Source: Batkoa obscura (taxonomy: Eukaryota). From it: a DNA stretch of 64,000 bases. The stretch lies in contig JASVEC010000013.1 in assembly GCA_030770535.1 (NCBI GenBank), positions 992,001 through 1,056,000 of the forward strand, written 5' to 3'. Under the pieces are notes generated by a model. It was not told where the DNA came from, did not search any database, and worked only from the letters and a program-made list of their open reading frames with translations. A program made the translations under genes and the position numbers. Positions 1-10,455 of this stretch are shown piece by piece; within the stretch, counting starts at the first letter, position 1; every line of letters starts with the position of its first letter.

Positions 1-70
1 ATTTTTTAAGCGCTATTCAAGTGGAAAGATTGTTAGTAAAATTCCTAAACACAAAAATACATCTCCATAT
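1..70 (+). mobile_element. ~99-bp ATAT-flanked MITE (family A), partial copy cut by the window edge
   Basis: Matches the 3' part of the repeat (taagcgctattcaagtggaaag...aaaatacatctcc) and is followed by ATAT. Confidence 0.85.
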
Positions 71-240
71 AAATACTTGGTATCATTTCAAAAAATTACA
101 TAATAAATGCTATAAAAATGTCATATAAAAAAGACATTAATCAGAAAAGTAGTATTTATCAAAAATAAAATAAAAATACAAAAATATAAAAAATAAAAAG
201 ATAATAAAAATAACAAAAAGACAAAATAAAATCATAACCA

Positions 241-406
241 CAGTTGTTGCAACTTTATTGCAACCTAATTAACTATTCATTTTTAGAGTAAAATTTAGCT
301 AAAATCAAGCTAAAATCTAGGAATCAGGATTTGAAAAACCCAAATAATCAAACAATTGACTCCAAAAATCGCTACAAATTAGGCTACAATAGAGCTGCAA
401 CAGCTG
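241..406. mobile_element. MITE-like inverted-repeat element with CAG...CTG termini (Tc1/mariner-like)
   Basis: cagttgttgcaactttattgcaacctaatt... at 241 matches the reverse complement of ~350-406 (cagctgttgcagctctattgtagcctaatt...). The right flank is TA and the left flank is CA. Confidence 0.6.
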
Positions 407-1008
407 TATCTTTTTATTTTAGTTTATTGTTTATAAGAATTTCTAGTGTGTGGCAATTTAATAAAATTAAAAAATATATGCTACAACTAACACAAGACAA
501 ACGTGCATCCTTATGTTGGAATTTAGAATAAAAAGTGTACATAAAAATAACAACATAGAATACACTTTTATTGAAAAGCAGAACTTCATAACATGACGCC
601 GTGAATAGTTTATTTTCAAATCCCAGTAGTACTATTATTTTATATATCTTTGTATAAATATTAATTTATGCAATTATTATTTTAGGTTGAACACTCCGTT
701 CATCGATCCCCTTTTTATAGCAGGAGATTTCCAATTTTATTATTTAAAGTTAAATTGTACAATGGGCTTGAATCTATTATTGCTAAAAATTGACAAAAAT
801 AAAATCTAAGTTGACGAAAATAGACCAAATAGCATTGATTGTATTCAAACTTTTAGTTTATAAATGAGTAAATGCCTTTATAAGGAACCTTAAAATTTAA
901 AGTTTAAAACTTGAAACAAAACAATTGTCATTGAGTGAGTATATAAGGGAATTCGAATTGTTATAAAAAACAAAAGCTTTTTACTTTGTTTATTAACGTT
1001 AGCTTTGA

Positions 1009-2442
1009 ATGGACAAAAACAATGAAATATTAAAAATAGAAGAAGTAGAGAAGCGGGAGAGGTGGTACGATTTTATAATTGCTAAACCAAAACCAGTCCA
1101 AAATCCATTTTCAATCATTTGTAGTTTAAATAAAGCTCAAGCTTTAGCTTTTACAGCTGCATTTCTAGGTTGGTCATTAGATGCTTTTGATTTTCATTTA
1201 GTTTCTTTTGCTTTACATGATATTGGTCAAGATTTAGGTTATAGTGATACTGAAATGTCCACTGGTATAACAGTGACATTATTGTTGCGTCCCATTGGTG
1301 CTTTGATCTTTGGCTTATTGGCTGATAGATTTGGACGAAGAATACCTTTAATGATTGATGTTGTATTGTTCTCAGTCATGGGTTTATGTACTGGTTTTGT
1401 TACTAACTTAACTCAATTTATCATTATACGTGCAATCTTTGGTATTTGTATGGGCGGTGAATGGGGTTTAGGTGCTTCTTTAGCTATGGAATCTTTACCA
1501 GCAGAAGCAAGAGGGGTATTCTCTGGTATATTACAGCAAGGTTATGCAGCTGGTTACTTGTTAGCAGCCTTAGTTTATTGGGCAGTATTCCCAAATATTG
1601 GATGGCGACCTTTATTTTATATTGGTAGTTGTCCAGCTTTATTATGCATAATAATTCGATTTTTCGTACCTGAGTCTGAAGCTTGGAAACAAGAGAAAGA
1701 GAAACAAAAAGAGAAGATTGGGGGAAGTGCAAAAAGTTGGATTAAGGATGTTGCTATAGTATTTAAAAAACATTGGTTATTATGTATTCAAATGATTTTG
1801 TTTATGACTTCCATTAGTTTTATGTCCCATGGTTCTCAAGATCTTTTCCCAACTTACCTTAAAGCTCAATTAGATTATACACCTTCACAAGTATCTATTA
1901 CTGTAATTGTCCAAAATATTGGTGCTATTATTGGTGGTATATTAGTTGGTTGGTATTCCGAATATTTTGGCCGTCGACGTAGTATTGCTTTAATATGTTT
2001 TATAGGACTATTTATGGTGCCTATTTGGGGCTTTGCTGGAGTTCACTCATATGGAGTCCAAATTTTAGGTGCCTTTTTAATACAATTTTGTATACAAGGT
2101 GCTTTTGGCGTAGTACCAGCCTTTTTAACAGAATCTTCTCCACCTTCTATACGTGGTACCTTTCCTGGATTAACTTATCAAATAGGTGCTATGATATCAG
2201 CTTCAGCTGGTCAGCTTGAAGCTGCTTTCTCTGAAAAATTTCGATTGGAAAATGGACATCCAAATTATGCCTTAATACAATCTATTGTGTTATGGTGTGC
2301 ACTCTCACTAACCTTTATTATTGCGCTTTTATGTAAGGAAAATAGCGGTAAAGAGTTTGTTGTAGCTGAAGCTGAAAAAGAAATGGAACTCGAGGACGCT
2401 TTTGGTCATACTGTTACTGATAAAAAGAACGATGATATTTAA
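1009..2442 (+). CDS. JEN1: Jen1-family (MFS sialate/carboxylate:H+ symporter) transporter, paralog 1
   Basis: Intronless 477 aa with motifs GWSLDAFDF, LRPIGA..FG..ADRFGRR, MGGEWG, QQGY and SHGSQDLFPT. Confidence 0.9.
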   Translation: MDKNNEILKIEEVEKRERWYDFIIAKPKPVQNPFSIICSLNKAQALAFTAAFLGWSLDAFDFHLVSFALHDIGQDLGYSDTEMSTGITVTLLLRPIGALIFGLLADRFGRRIPLMIDVVLFSVMGLCTGFVTNLTQFIIIRAIFGICMGGEWGLGASLAMESLPAEARGVFSGILQQGYAAGYLLAALVYWAVFPNIGWRPLFYIGSCPALLCIIIRFFVPESEAWKQEKEKQKEKIGGSAKSWIKDVAIVFKKHWLLCIQMILFMTSISFMSHGSQDLFPTYLKAQLDYTPSQVSITVIVQNIGAIIGGILVGWYSEYFGRRRSIALICFIGLFMVPIWGFAGVHSYGVQILGAFLIQFCIQGAFGVVPAFLTESSPPSIRGTFPGLTYQIGAMISASAGQLEAAFSEKFRLENGHPNYALIQSIVLWCALSLTFIIALLCKENSGKEFVVAEAEKEMELEDAFGHTVTDKKNDDI

Positions 2443-2610
2443 TTATTTATAATAAATTTTTTATTCATATTCATAATGATAATGCTTTAAGTGAATTTTT
2501 TTTAAAAAGTTAATGGTAGTTAAAACTTATTCGAACGAAATATTTCATTTATTGATTTTATTATAAATTTTATACCATTTAAAAAAACATCTTTTTTAAA
2601 CCACATCATA

Positions 2611-2712
2611 GATAGGAATGTTTTTTTTTGTTTCATTACTTTTTCTATTTTTTAAGCGCTATTTGAGTGGAAAGATTGTTAGTAAAATTCTTAAACAAAA
2701 AAATACTTCCCC
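2611..2712 (+). mobile_element. Family A MITE, degenerate ends
   Basis: Internal taagcgctatttgagtggaaagattgttagtaaaattcttaaac core; ends aatacttcccc. Confidence 0.8.
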
Positions 2713-2810
2713 TCATCAATTTTTTAGCTTAACTGTATGTTTCTTATCAAATAAGTTATAATAAAAATTAAACTATATAGTTGACTTTTATATTGAATAT
2801 ACAGATTGTA

Positions 2811-2840
2811 ATTTAAATTTAAATTTAAATTTAAATTTAA
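2811..2840. repeat. (ATTTAA)n microsatellite
   Basis: About 5 tandem hexamers visible in the sequence. Confidence 0.7.
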
Positions 2841-3056
2841 AATAATCAAAAATAAATAAATCTCAATTAAACTAAATTAAATAACTGATTTTAATTTTTA
2901 AAGTCTGTAAATGCATATAATCGTTAAAAAAACTTCTTGTATTTCTATTATTTTATATTGTAATATTAATTGTTAATTACTATATTGTAATATTTATATA
3001 ATATTGTATTGTTATATTGTTACCTTTTTGCTTCTTTACTACAATAAAGGCACAAT

Positions 3057-3159
3057 ATATGGGGATGTATCTTTTGTATTTAAGAATTTTACTAATAATT
3101 TTCCCACTCAAATAGCGCTTAAAAGATGGAAAAAATGAAGCCAAAAAACACCCCCATAT
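3057..3159 (-). mobile_element. Family A MITE
   Basis: ATAT-GGGGATGTA...ACACCCCC-ATAT. Confidence 0.9.
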
Positions 3160-4867
3160 AAATGCGTATTTTACTTCTCTAGAATTCAAAAAGCGTTCAA
3201 TGCTCCAAAGATACAAGATTAAAGCCTCTATTCAAATACATATATAATTCAGCATCAAAATAAATATACACTTACTTAATTAAGTATGTTGTCAATTAAG
3301 CTAGATGAATAATATTTCAACTGATAAAAGTTCTCAAGCCAAGGAGTGAGCTCCAATTTAAATAAGTCAAAAGTATCGTGACCGTGGAATTTATATTTAT
3401 ATATATATATATAACAGGCTATGAGCGGTGAAATTGATTTAATGATCGTTAAGGTGATTCATCAGGTGAATTTTAAATTTTTTATTGATATTAATATTTT
3501 TGAAAGTTTAGTAACTATATACTTATTGAATATATTCAATATTATAAAAATATATTATTATATTTAACTGTCATTTTATCAAATATAAAAGAGTGTTAGT
3601 TAATAGTTTAAATAATCTAAATTTTGATCTTCATACCTTAATACTAGATGATAACTATAAGTGAATAATAAAATTATGTTCTAATTGATTATTCTAGAAA
3701 AAAGGGATATGCAGGTAAAAATAATATAGGGCAGTAAATTTTATCGTGATAAAGTATCATTATTTCATTATTATATGTATTAGAAAGAATATTCTTACTC
3801 ATTTAATAATATTTTCGGACACCAAAAATCAAAGTATACTCTTATTGTATAAAAGTAGCTACATCCTAGCTTCATATATATATTTTGTTGTTGATCGTTT
3901 ACACACATTAGTTTAAGTTTTTTATATTGCATGCGAATAGAACAGTATCCTCAGTTTTATCATTTTTTCTAAAAATAGGAAGATTAAATGGTGTCCAACT
4001 CAAGAATATTTTTATAACATTAGCATAAATAATCTGCATTTTAAAACTATAGTAATAAATGTTAAACAAAAATTATATTGATAATTGAATAAAATAGATA
4101 GATACAAATAATTATCAGTAGTAATATAGTTAACAAAACATGAACATTATTATTTTGTTAAGGATGATTTATTCGATCATTAAATTGAGTAAGACACAAA
4201 AGCATTCATTTAGCCCAAAATGGAGCAAATTAATAAATTTTTGGAAATTTTCGATGAAGATTTTAAAAAATTCTTGAAATTTTTACAGCATAAAATACAA
4301 ATATATCTTTAAATTTTTAAATACAAATAAGTTAATTGTTATGCCAACTTATTTAAATTTATACTATAAAGAATAAATAAAAATAAAAATCGAGATTTTG
4401 TTATATTTTGATAATTCAATAAACCATTATTACTATCCAGTTTGCAGTCGATATGAACATTATGATAATTCATCTTCATTAAGTAAACATCAAATAAAAA
4501 TAGCACAATGTTTTTAAGACAAAGCCTGAATTTAACGTTTGCATCTCAATAGATCACACACAATACTCATAACTTATAAATGACTGATCAAGTTAGAATC
4601 CTAACTAATAAAATATGGAGTCAACTGACTATCATCAGCAGTACAAAGCAGCTAATTCGTAAGTGTGTGATTATGCAAAATGAATATGAGAAAGTAACTT
4701 ATCATCCCAAAACTGTTACAATCAAGTTTAAACAGACAGTTGACTATATAAGGCTATCCCACATAATTCACTAGGAATTTTAAAATTATGTAAATAGGAA
4801 AATTTAAAGTATAAAAAGCCACCGAGAAAAAAGAGAGTAAAAAAAACTGACCTTTTTGTTAGCTTAA

Positions 4868-6310
4868 ATGAGCACAATTAATAATGAGATATTGAAAGTG
4901 GAGGAAGCAGAGAAGCGGGAAAGATGGTATAGTTTTATAACTGCCAAACCTAAACCAGTTAAAAATCCATTACGTATCCTTGGTAGTTTAAATCGTACTC
5001 AAGCATTAACCTTTGCTGCTGCTTTTATGGGTTGGTCGTTAGATGCGTTTGATTTCCATTTAGTTTCTTTATCATTACATGATATGGGTAAAGATTTAGG
5101 TTATACTGATACCCAAATGTCTTTGGGTATCACCGTTACTTTATTATTACGTCCAGTTGGTGCTATTATTTTTGGCTTATTGGCCGATAGGTTTGGTAGA
5201 AGAATACCATTAATGGTCGATATTATTTTATTTTCTTTAATGGGTCTTTGTACTGGTTTCGTTACTAATTTAGGTCAATTCGTTGCTGTCAGAGCAATCT
5301 TCGGTATATGTATGGGTGGTGAATGGGGTTTGGGTGCCTCTCTAGCTATGGAAACTTTACCACCTGAGGCAAGAGGTATATTTTCGGGTATATTACAGCA
5401 AGGTTATGCTACTGGCTATTTACTTGCAGCTTTAATTTATTGGGCAGTCTTTCCAAGTTTAGGATGGAGAGCTTTGTTCTACATTGGTAGTTTCCCAGCC
5501 TTGTTATGTATTTTAATTAGATTTTTTGTACCTGAATCTGAAGCTTGGAAGCAGGAGAAAGAAAAACAACATAATAGTGGAGGCTCAAGTGCCAAAGGAT
5601 GGATTAAGCAAACCGGAGTAGTGTTTAAGAACCATTGGGTACTATTTATTCATATTGTAATTTTAATGACTTCATTAAATTTCATGTCCCATGGTTCTCA
5701 AGATCTTTTTCCAACCTACCTTAAGGCTCAATTAGGGTATACACCATCCCAAGCATCCATTACAGTAATCGTTCAAAATTTAGGAGCCATCATAGGGGGT
5801 ACCTTTATAGGATGGTATTCTGAATATTTTGGTCGTCGTCGCACAATGGCCCTTATCTGTTTTATAGGCTTATTCATAGTTCCAGTTTGGGGTTTTGCTG
5901 GAGTAAATTCTTATGGAGTACAAATTTTAGGTGCCTTCTTAATTCAATTTTGCGTCCAAGGGGCATGGGGTATTGTTCCAGCCTTTTTAACTGAAATTTC
6001 CCCACCATCTATACGTGGTACTTTCCCTGGTTTAACTTATCAATTTGGTAATATGATTTCTTCTTGTGCAGCTCAACTTGAGGCTGCATTAGGTGAAAGT
6101 TTCCGTTTTCCAGATGGAAGGCCAAACTATGCATTAGTTCAATCCGTTGTATTATGGTGTGCTTTATCTCTTACTTTCATTGTGATCCTTTTTGCTAAAG
6201 AAAATAGTGGTAAAAGTTTTGTAGAAAAGACGGAAGAAATAGTCGATATTGAATTAAATAATGAGTTCGATTCTAGCGTAAATCAAGATAAAAAGGAAAA
6301 TGTAAATTAA
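4868..6310 (+). CDS. JEN1: Jen1-family carboxylate transporter, paralog 2
   Basis: Intronless 480 aa, colinear with 1009..2442; canonical NFMSHGSQDLFPT and YQFGN motifs. Confidence 0.9.
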   Translation: MSTINNEILKVEEAEKRERWYSFITAKPKPVKNPLRILGSLNRTQALTFAAAFMGWSLDAFDFHLVSLSLHDMGKDLGYTDTQMSLGITVTLLLRPVGAIIFGLLADRFGRRIPLMVDIILFSLMGLCTGFVTNLGQFVAVRAIFGICMGGEWGLGASLAMETLPPEARGIFSGILQQGYATGYLLAALIYWAVFPSLGWRALFYIGSFPALLCILIRFFVPESEAWKQEKEKQHNSGGSSAKGWIKQTGVVFKNHWVLFIHIVILMTSLNFMSHGSQDLFPTYLKAQLGYTPSQASITVIVQNLGAIIGGTFIGWYSEYFGRRRTMALICFIGLFIVPVWGFAGVNSYGVQILGAFLIQFCVQGAWGIVPAFLTEISPPSIRGTFPGLTYQFGNMISSCAAQLEAALGESFRFPDGRPNYALVQSVVLWCALSLTFIVILFAKENSGKSFVEKTEEIVDIELNNEFDSSVNQDKKENVN

Positions 6311-6702
6311 GCTTATGTCTTGCTATATTCTATTTTATGTATATAATAAATTGAAATTAACAATTTTGTACTTTTACTTGGTTTAATAGTTGCTATAATA
6401 ATATAACATAGCATTTATATTAGACATAAAATATAGGGATTCTTAAGATTTCACAAAACATTGAGATGAGCACATAAAATATTGTTAATATGAATGATTT
6501 AAGTTTAATTGCTGCATATTGGGTACCTTTTTTCATCCATTTTTGTCCACTCTTTAAATATTTGAAAATTTTTAGTTGAATTTCTAAAACAATAAAGACG
6601 CATACACATTGAACAACCCTAATTTAAACATTATTTGTTGTCTCTAAATAAAAGCAATATTCGGCAGTTTAATCAAGAGTTTATGTACCTATACAATAAT
6701 CT

Positions 6703-6809
6703 ATATGGGGATGTATTTTTTTGTTTAAGAATTTTACTAACAATTTTTCCACTCAAATAACGCTCAAAAAATGGAAAAAGTAATGAAACCAAAAAAAACA
6801 CCCCCATAT
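6703..6809 (-). mobile_element. Family A MITE
   Basis: ATAT-GGGGATGTA...ACACCCCC-ATAT. Confidence 0.9.
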
Positions 6810-6892
6810 ATAATCCTGTTTTTAAACCATACTTGTGAATTAGAAAGATCATGATAAGAACCAATTTGCTTCTCTCTTTAATTCTATTTCAC

Positions 6893-7740
6893 ATGGTGCT
6901 ACAATTTGATCAATTATCTGACATCCTGTTAGAAGACATCTTGAAACTGCTGAATCCAGAAGAGCTACATGAGCTATATTTTCTAAATATTTGTTTAAGG
7001 TTATAAATGTGGCTATCAAGCATAGTTTGAACTATACACTTTATCACCAAAGTAAATATTATAAGCATTGAAAATATCAAAGAAAATTCATTAGAAAACG
7101 GATTTTTGGTGAAGCATATAAATTTATCTGATTTGATCTTCATTATTTAAATTATTGATTAAATAAAATTAATATATTATAAAGATAGGAGTAGTTTTTC
7201 TGTCATTAATGATAGTGCCAACAATAATGGCAATACAGGTACTGTATTCCCAAAATTAAATCAAATAAGCATACATTCAGATAGTCACAAGCATTCCTTG
7301 AGATTATTTAAATTAACTTGAACTATTCGAAATTGATAGGAGTACTGAAAAATTAAAGTTATTAAGTTAATGAGCCCTGGTAAATTAAACCCAGTAAAAT
7401 CACTCAGATATAATTTAGATATTGATGGGTTAAATACTATTTAAAGGAAGGTTATTAAATTGAAGGTGTTACATTTAAACAAAGTTGTAACTACCTATGC
7501 TTCCAAAATCAGTTTGAATATAAACTTTAGTGCCAATAAAATACTAGAAATTAACGCAACGTTTATTGATGATATTATTAAACGTTTAGGCAATCTAAAG
7601 CACTTAAAGAGCATTAAGTTGTCAAACAATTATATCACTTATTCTAACGTCAACACTGAACATAATGATGCAAAATTGATAGAAGGTAACAATATTACTG
7701 CCTTTCTCTACTTTACTTCTACTTTATTTTTACATTAAAA
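6893..7740 (+). pseudogene. Decayed F-box / LRR-like gene
   Basis: ATG at 6893 gives MVLQFDQLSDILLEDILKLLNPEELHELYFLN (F-box-like) and then a stop. Downstream fragments LENGFLVKHINLSD, FPKLNQISI and LGNLKHLKSIKLSNN are LRR-like, with broken frames. Confidence 0.5.
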
Positions 7741-7895
7741 AGCTATCAAATTGGACCTTCTTATGGCAATAGGCTATCGTTAGTAATGAGCTCAAATTTT
7801 AGGCTTCAAAGTTCATATACTTATTTTTAAACATAACTTTAAACAAATATATACAAGAATGGCAAACTTGTACTTTACATAGTTTTAAATAAAAC

Positions 7896-7999
7896 ATATG
7901 GTGGTGTTTTTTTTGCTTCATTATTTTTTCCATTTTTTAAGCGCTATTTGAGCGGAAAGATTGTTTAGTAAAATTCTTTAAAAAAATAAATCCCCATAC
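7896..7999 (+). mobile_element. Family A MITE
   Basis: ATAT-GGTGGTGTTTT...AAATCCCC-ATAC. Confidence 0.85.
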
Positions 8000-8136
8000 T
8001 TAAAATCTTTGTGTGAACTTATTCCATCAAGTAGTTTATTAACAAGCAATTTAAATCGAAAAATCAAACAGTCTTAAAACAAAAAACATTGCTTTTTGTA
8101 AGCTTTGATCCTTTTAAAATAATAAAATAAAAATCA

Positions 8137-8508
8137 TTAAGAAGAAAGAGAAGCGGAAGGTGTAGGGGTGTCTGTTGAAGGTGAGCTGGTTCCTTTGTCT
8201 TTTAATACAATTGAAAGTATAATGGTTAATAAAATAATAACCACTATAACACCAATAATAATCTTAATTTTAAAATCTTTCCACCACATGGCTTTACGTA
8301 CCTTATTAGCCCCACGCTTAAAGTGCATTGCGTTTTCGTTTAAGTTTTCGGCTTTATCATTCAAATTTTCTAAACATTCTTGCTTTTCTATTACTTTGTC
8401 AATATTATCTTGCATGATACCGACTACTTCATCAACCTGTTGTTGAATTAATTTGGTTTTAGAACCTAGCGGTGGTTGGTTAGCATTATTTTCACCTGGG
8501 TAAGACAT
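8137..8508 (-). CDS. Synaptobrevin/VAMP (Snc1-like R-SNARE), divergent
   Basis: SNARE motif IQQQVDEVVGIMQDNIDKV...DKAENL...F, juxtamembrane MWWKD and a C-terminal TM helix. Confidence 0.9.
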   Translation of the reverse strand: MSYPGENNANQPPLGSKTKLIQQQVDEVVGIMQDNIDKVIEKQECLENLNDKAENLNENAMHFKRGANKVRKAMWWKDFKIKIIIGVIVVIILLTIILSIVLKDKGTSSPSTDTPTPSASLSS

Positions 8509-8861
8509 AAGATTATATTGATAAAAAGTAAATAAAAAAGAAGCTTTTATTACGAATTAGTTATAAAATTTAAAATCAACTATGATATCACCTTAACATT
8601 ATCAACTACAATAACTTGTGACAATCCAAAGTTCAATTACAAAAATTCTTATTAGAATATTAAAAATAAAATCAATGCTAGTTATTATAATATGTTAGGC
8701 ATAGGGTTGCTAAGTCAAAGCTAACGTTGTACAAGATTTATTTTAAAGTTAAGGTTAGAGTATACAGGCTGATATATTATATTAAATATTTAGTTAATTA
8801 AAAGTTGGTCATTTTATAAAACAAAAACAATTTATTTTTACAAAAATTATTGATAATATTA

Positions 8862-8960
8862 CAGGAGTATCTTTTTTGTTGAGAATTCTAATAAATCATT
8901 CAATTTTTTCCGGTGCATGAAAAATGGATAAATAAATGAAACAAAAAAGACGATTTAATA
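8862..8960 (-). mobile_element. Highly degenerate family A MITE
   Basis: ggagtatcttttttgttgagaattctaataa...aaaatggataaataaatgaaacaaaaaagac is colinear with the consensus. Confidence 0.5.
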
Positions 8961-9467
8961 TGTAACTTTACATGTTAGTTATTACAATTGACCCAGATTT
9001 TATACTATAGCATTACTATTATAGAGTAAATTTAAAGACAGCCACCAAATTAATTTGATAGCAATAGTTTTGGGCAAATTTTAATAAATTTCGCGTTTTA
9101 AATAACCACTTTTAATAACCTAATTAAAAAAATGAGGCCAACTGCTTAGTTTTTATAAGTACTTTCTAAGATTCAATTTTAAGCAAAATATGACAATAAG
9201 ACAAATGATTGGTTAAAATCCAACATGAAAATGATGAAAATATTTTCAAAGTTGGGAGGGGTTAAATTGCCCAAGGGTAAAACCTTTTAATTTGCTAGAA
9301 ATTCTAGATTTCAACAAGCTGATTTGTCATAATTGAGTAACCTATGAATACTCCAAGTATAAAACAGCAATCAACCAATTTTGTTTTCTTTAATTCTCTA
9401 TTTTTATTATCCTGTTTACAAGTAGTTCTTTCTCTTAACTACAAGAAAAAAAGCTAGCCGCATCTGT

Positions 9468-9999
9468 ATGTCAACTATTAATAACCTTGCTACCTACGAT
9501 CCCTTTGCCGACACTGGCCTTCAAGAGGAATCTGCTACCCCTGCCAAACCTGATTATATCCGTAAGTGTTTATTTAATTTATGGCTATTATAGAGTGATG
9601 ACAGTATTATTTTAATTGGTAGTAAATAATTTTGAGATCAGTTATTGAACTCGATTTACAATGTTCCTATTATTATAGTCATAGTTACACTGACGCTATA
9701 CTGCTATATTATACATTAATTATGAATTGTATACTAAATCATTTATTATAGATATTCGTATACAACAACGTAACGGTCGTAAAACTTTAACCACTCTTCA
9801 AGGATTACCAAGTCAAGTTGATTTAAAACGCCTTCTTAAACATTTCAAGAAAGTATTTTCTACAAATGGAATTATTGCTACTGACGAGGAGTTAGGAGAA
9901 GTCATCCAACTTCAAGGTGATCAGCGTGTAAAAATTAGTGAATTTTTGATTAGTGAAAAGATTGCTGATAAGGCCAGCATCAAAGTTCATGGTTTCTAA
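9468..9999 (+). CDS. SUI1: Translation initiation factor eIF1; exons 9468-9561 and 9752-9999
   Basis: MSTINNLATYDPFAD...DYI joined across a GTAAGT...TAG intron to HIRIQQRNGRKT...IQLQGDQR...KVHGF. Confidence 0.95.
9589..9700 (+). ncRNA. Intronic box C/D snoRNA, predicted snR63/U46 (SNORD46) functional homolog
   Basis: Box C GTGATGA at 9595-9601, box D CTGA at 9690-9693 and terminal stem TATAG/CTATA. The 12-nt guide AGTCATAGTTAC (9677-9688) is complementary to LSU rRNA GUAACUAUGACU. Confidence 0.85.
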
Positions 10000-10455
10000 G
10001 CTTTTAATATATTGCAAAGCATAGTAGGAGTACTGTCACTACCTAAGACTTTCTTTGCTTAATTATTTGTTGTTTTATTTAAATATTTATGATCAAAAAT
10101 AAATAAATATTTCTTCTCATTAAATTTGTGTTTTGTATATTTGAGTATTTATTAGCTATTATGTGTTTTCAGAATGTAGTCAAAAATAACTATAATTGAT
10201 AGTAAACTGAATACAGTGTTAGGGATACTAAGACATTATTTTTAGACCAACTTTGTATTTTAATAGAGATGATTTTGATCCAAATCCAAAACTCAACGTG
10301 TTGAAAGTGAAATTGCTCTGAATTTGATTTCTTGTTTTAATAAAATTTTAGATAACTATAAACTAAGTGTAATTTATCCATTAAACAGATAAGTAAATAT
10401 AGTTATATAATAATTTATAATATAATAGCAACACTCGATTATTTTGTTAAAGAGC

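Noticed and set aside
511..590. Short hairpin aataaaaagtgta/tacacttttatt
   Set aside because: A short AT-rich stem occurring once, which could arise by chance.
2980..3216. Small ORFs sharing FKRYLSGKI / WGCFF (also 6673, 45685, 51424, 54137)
   Set aside because: These are translations that run through the family A MITE, not a peptide family.
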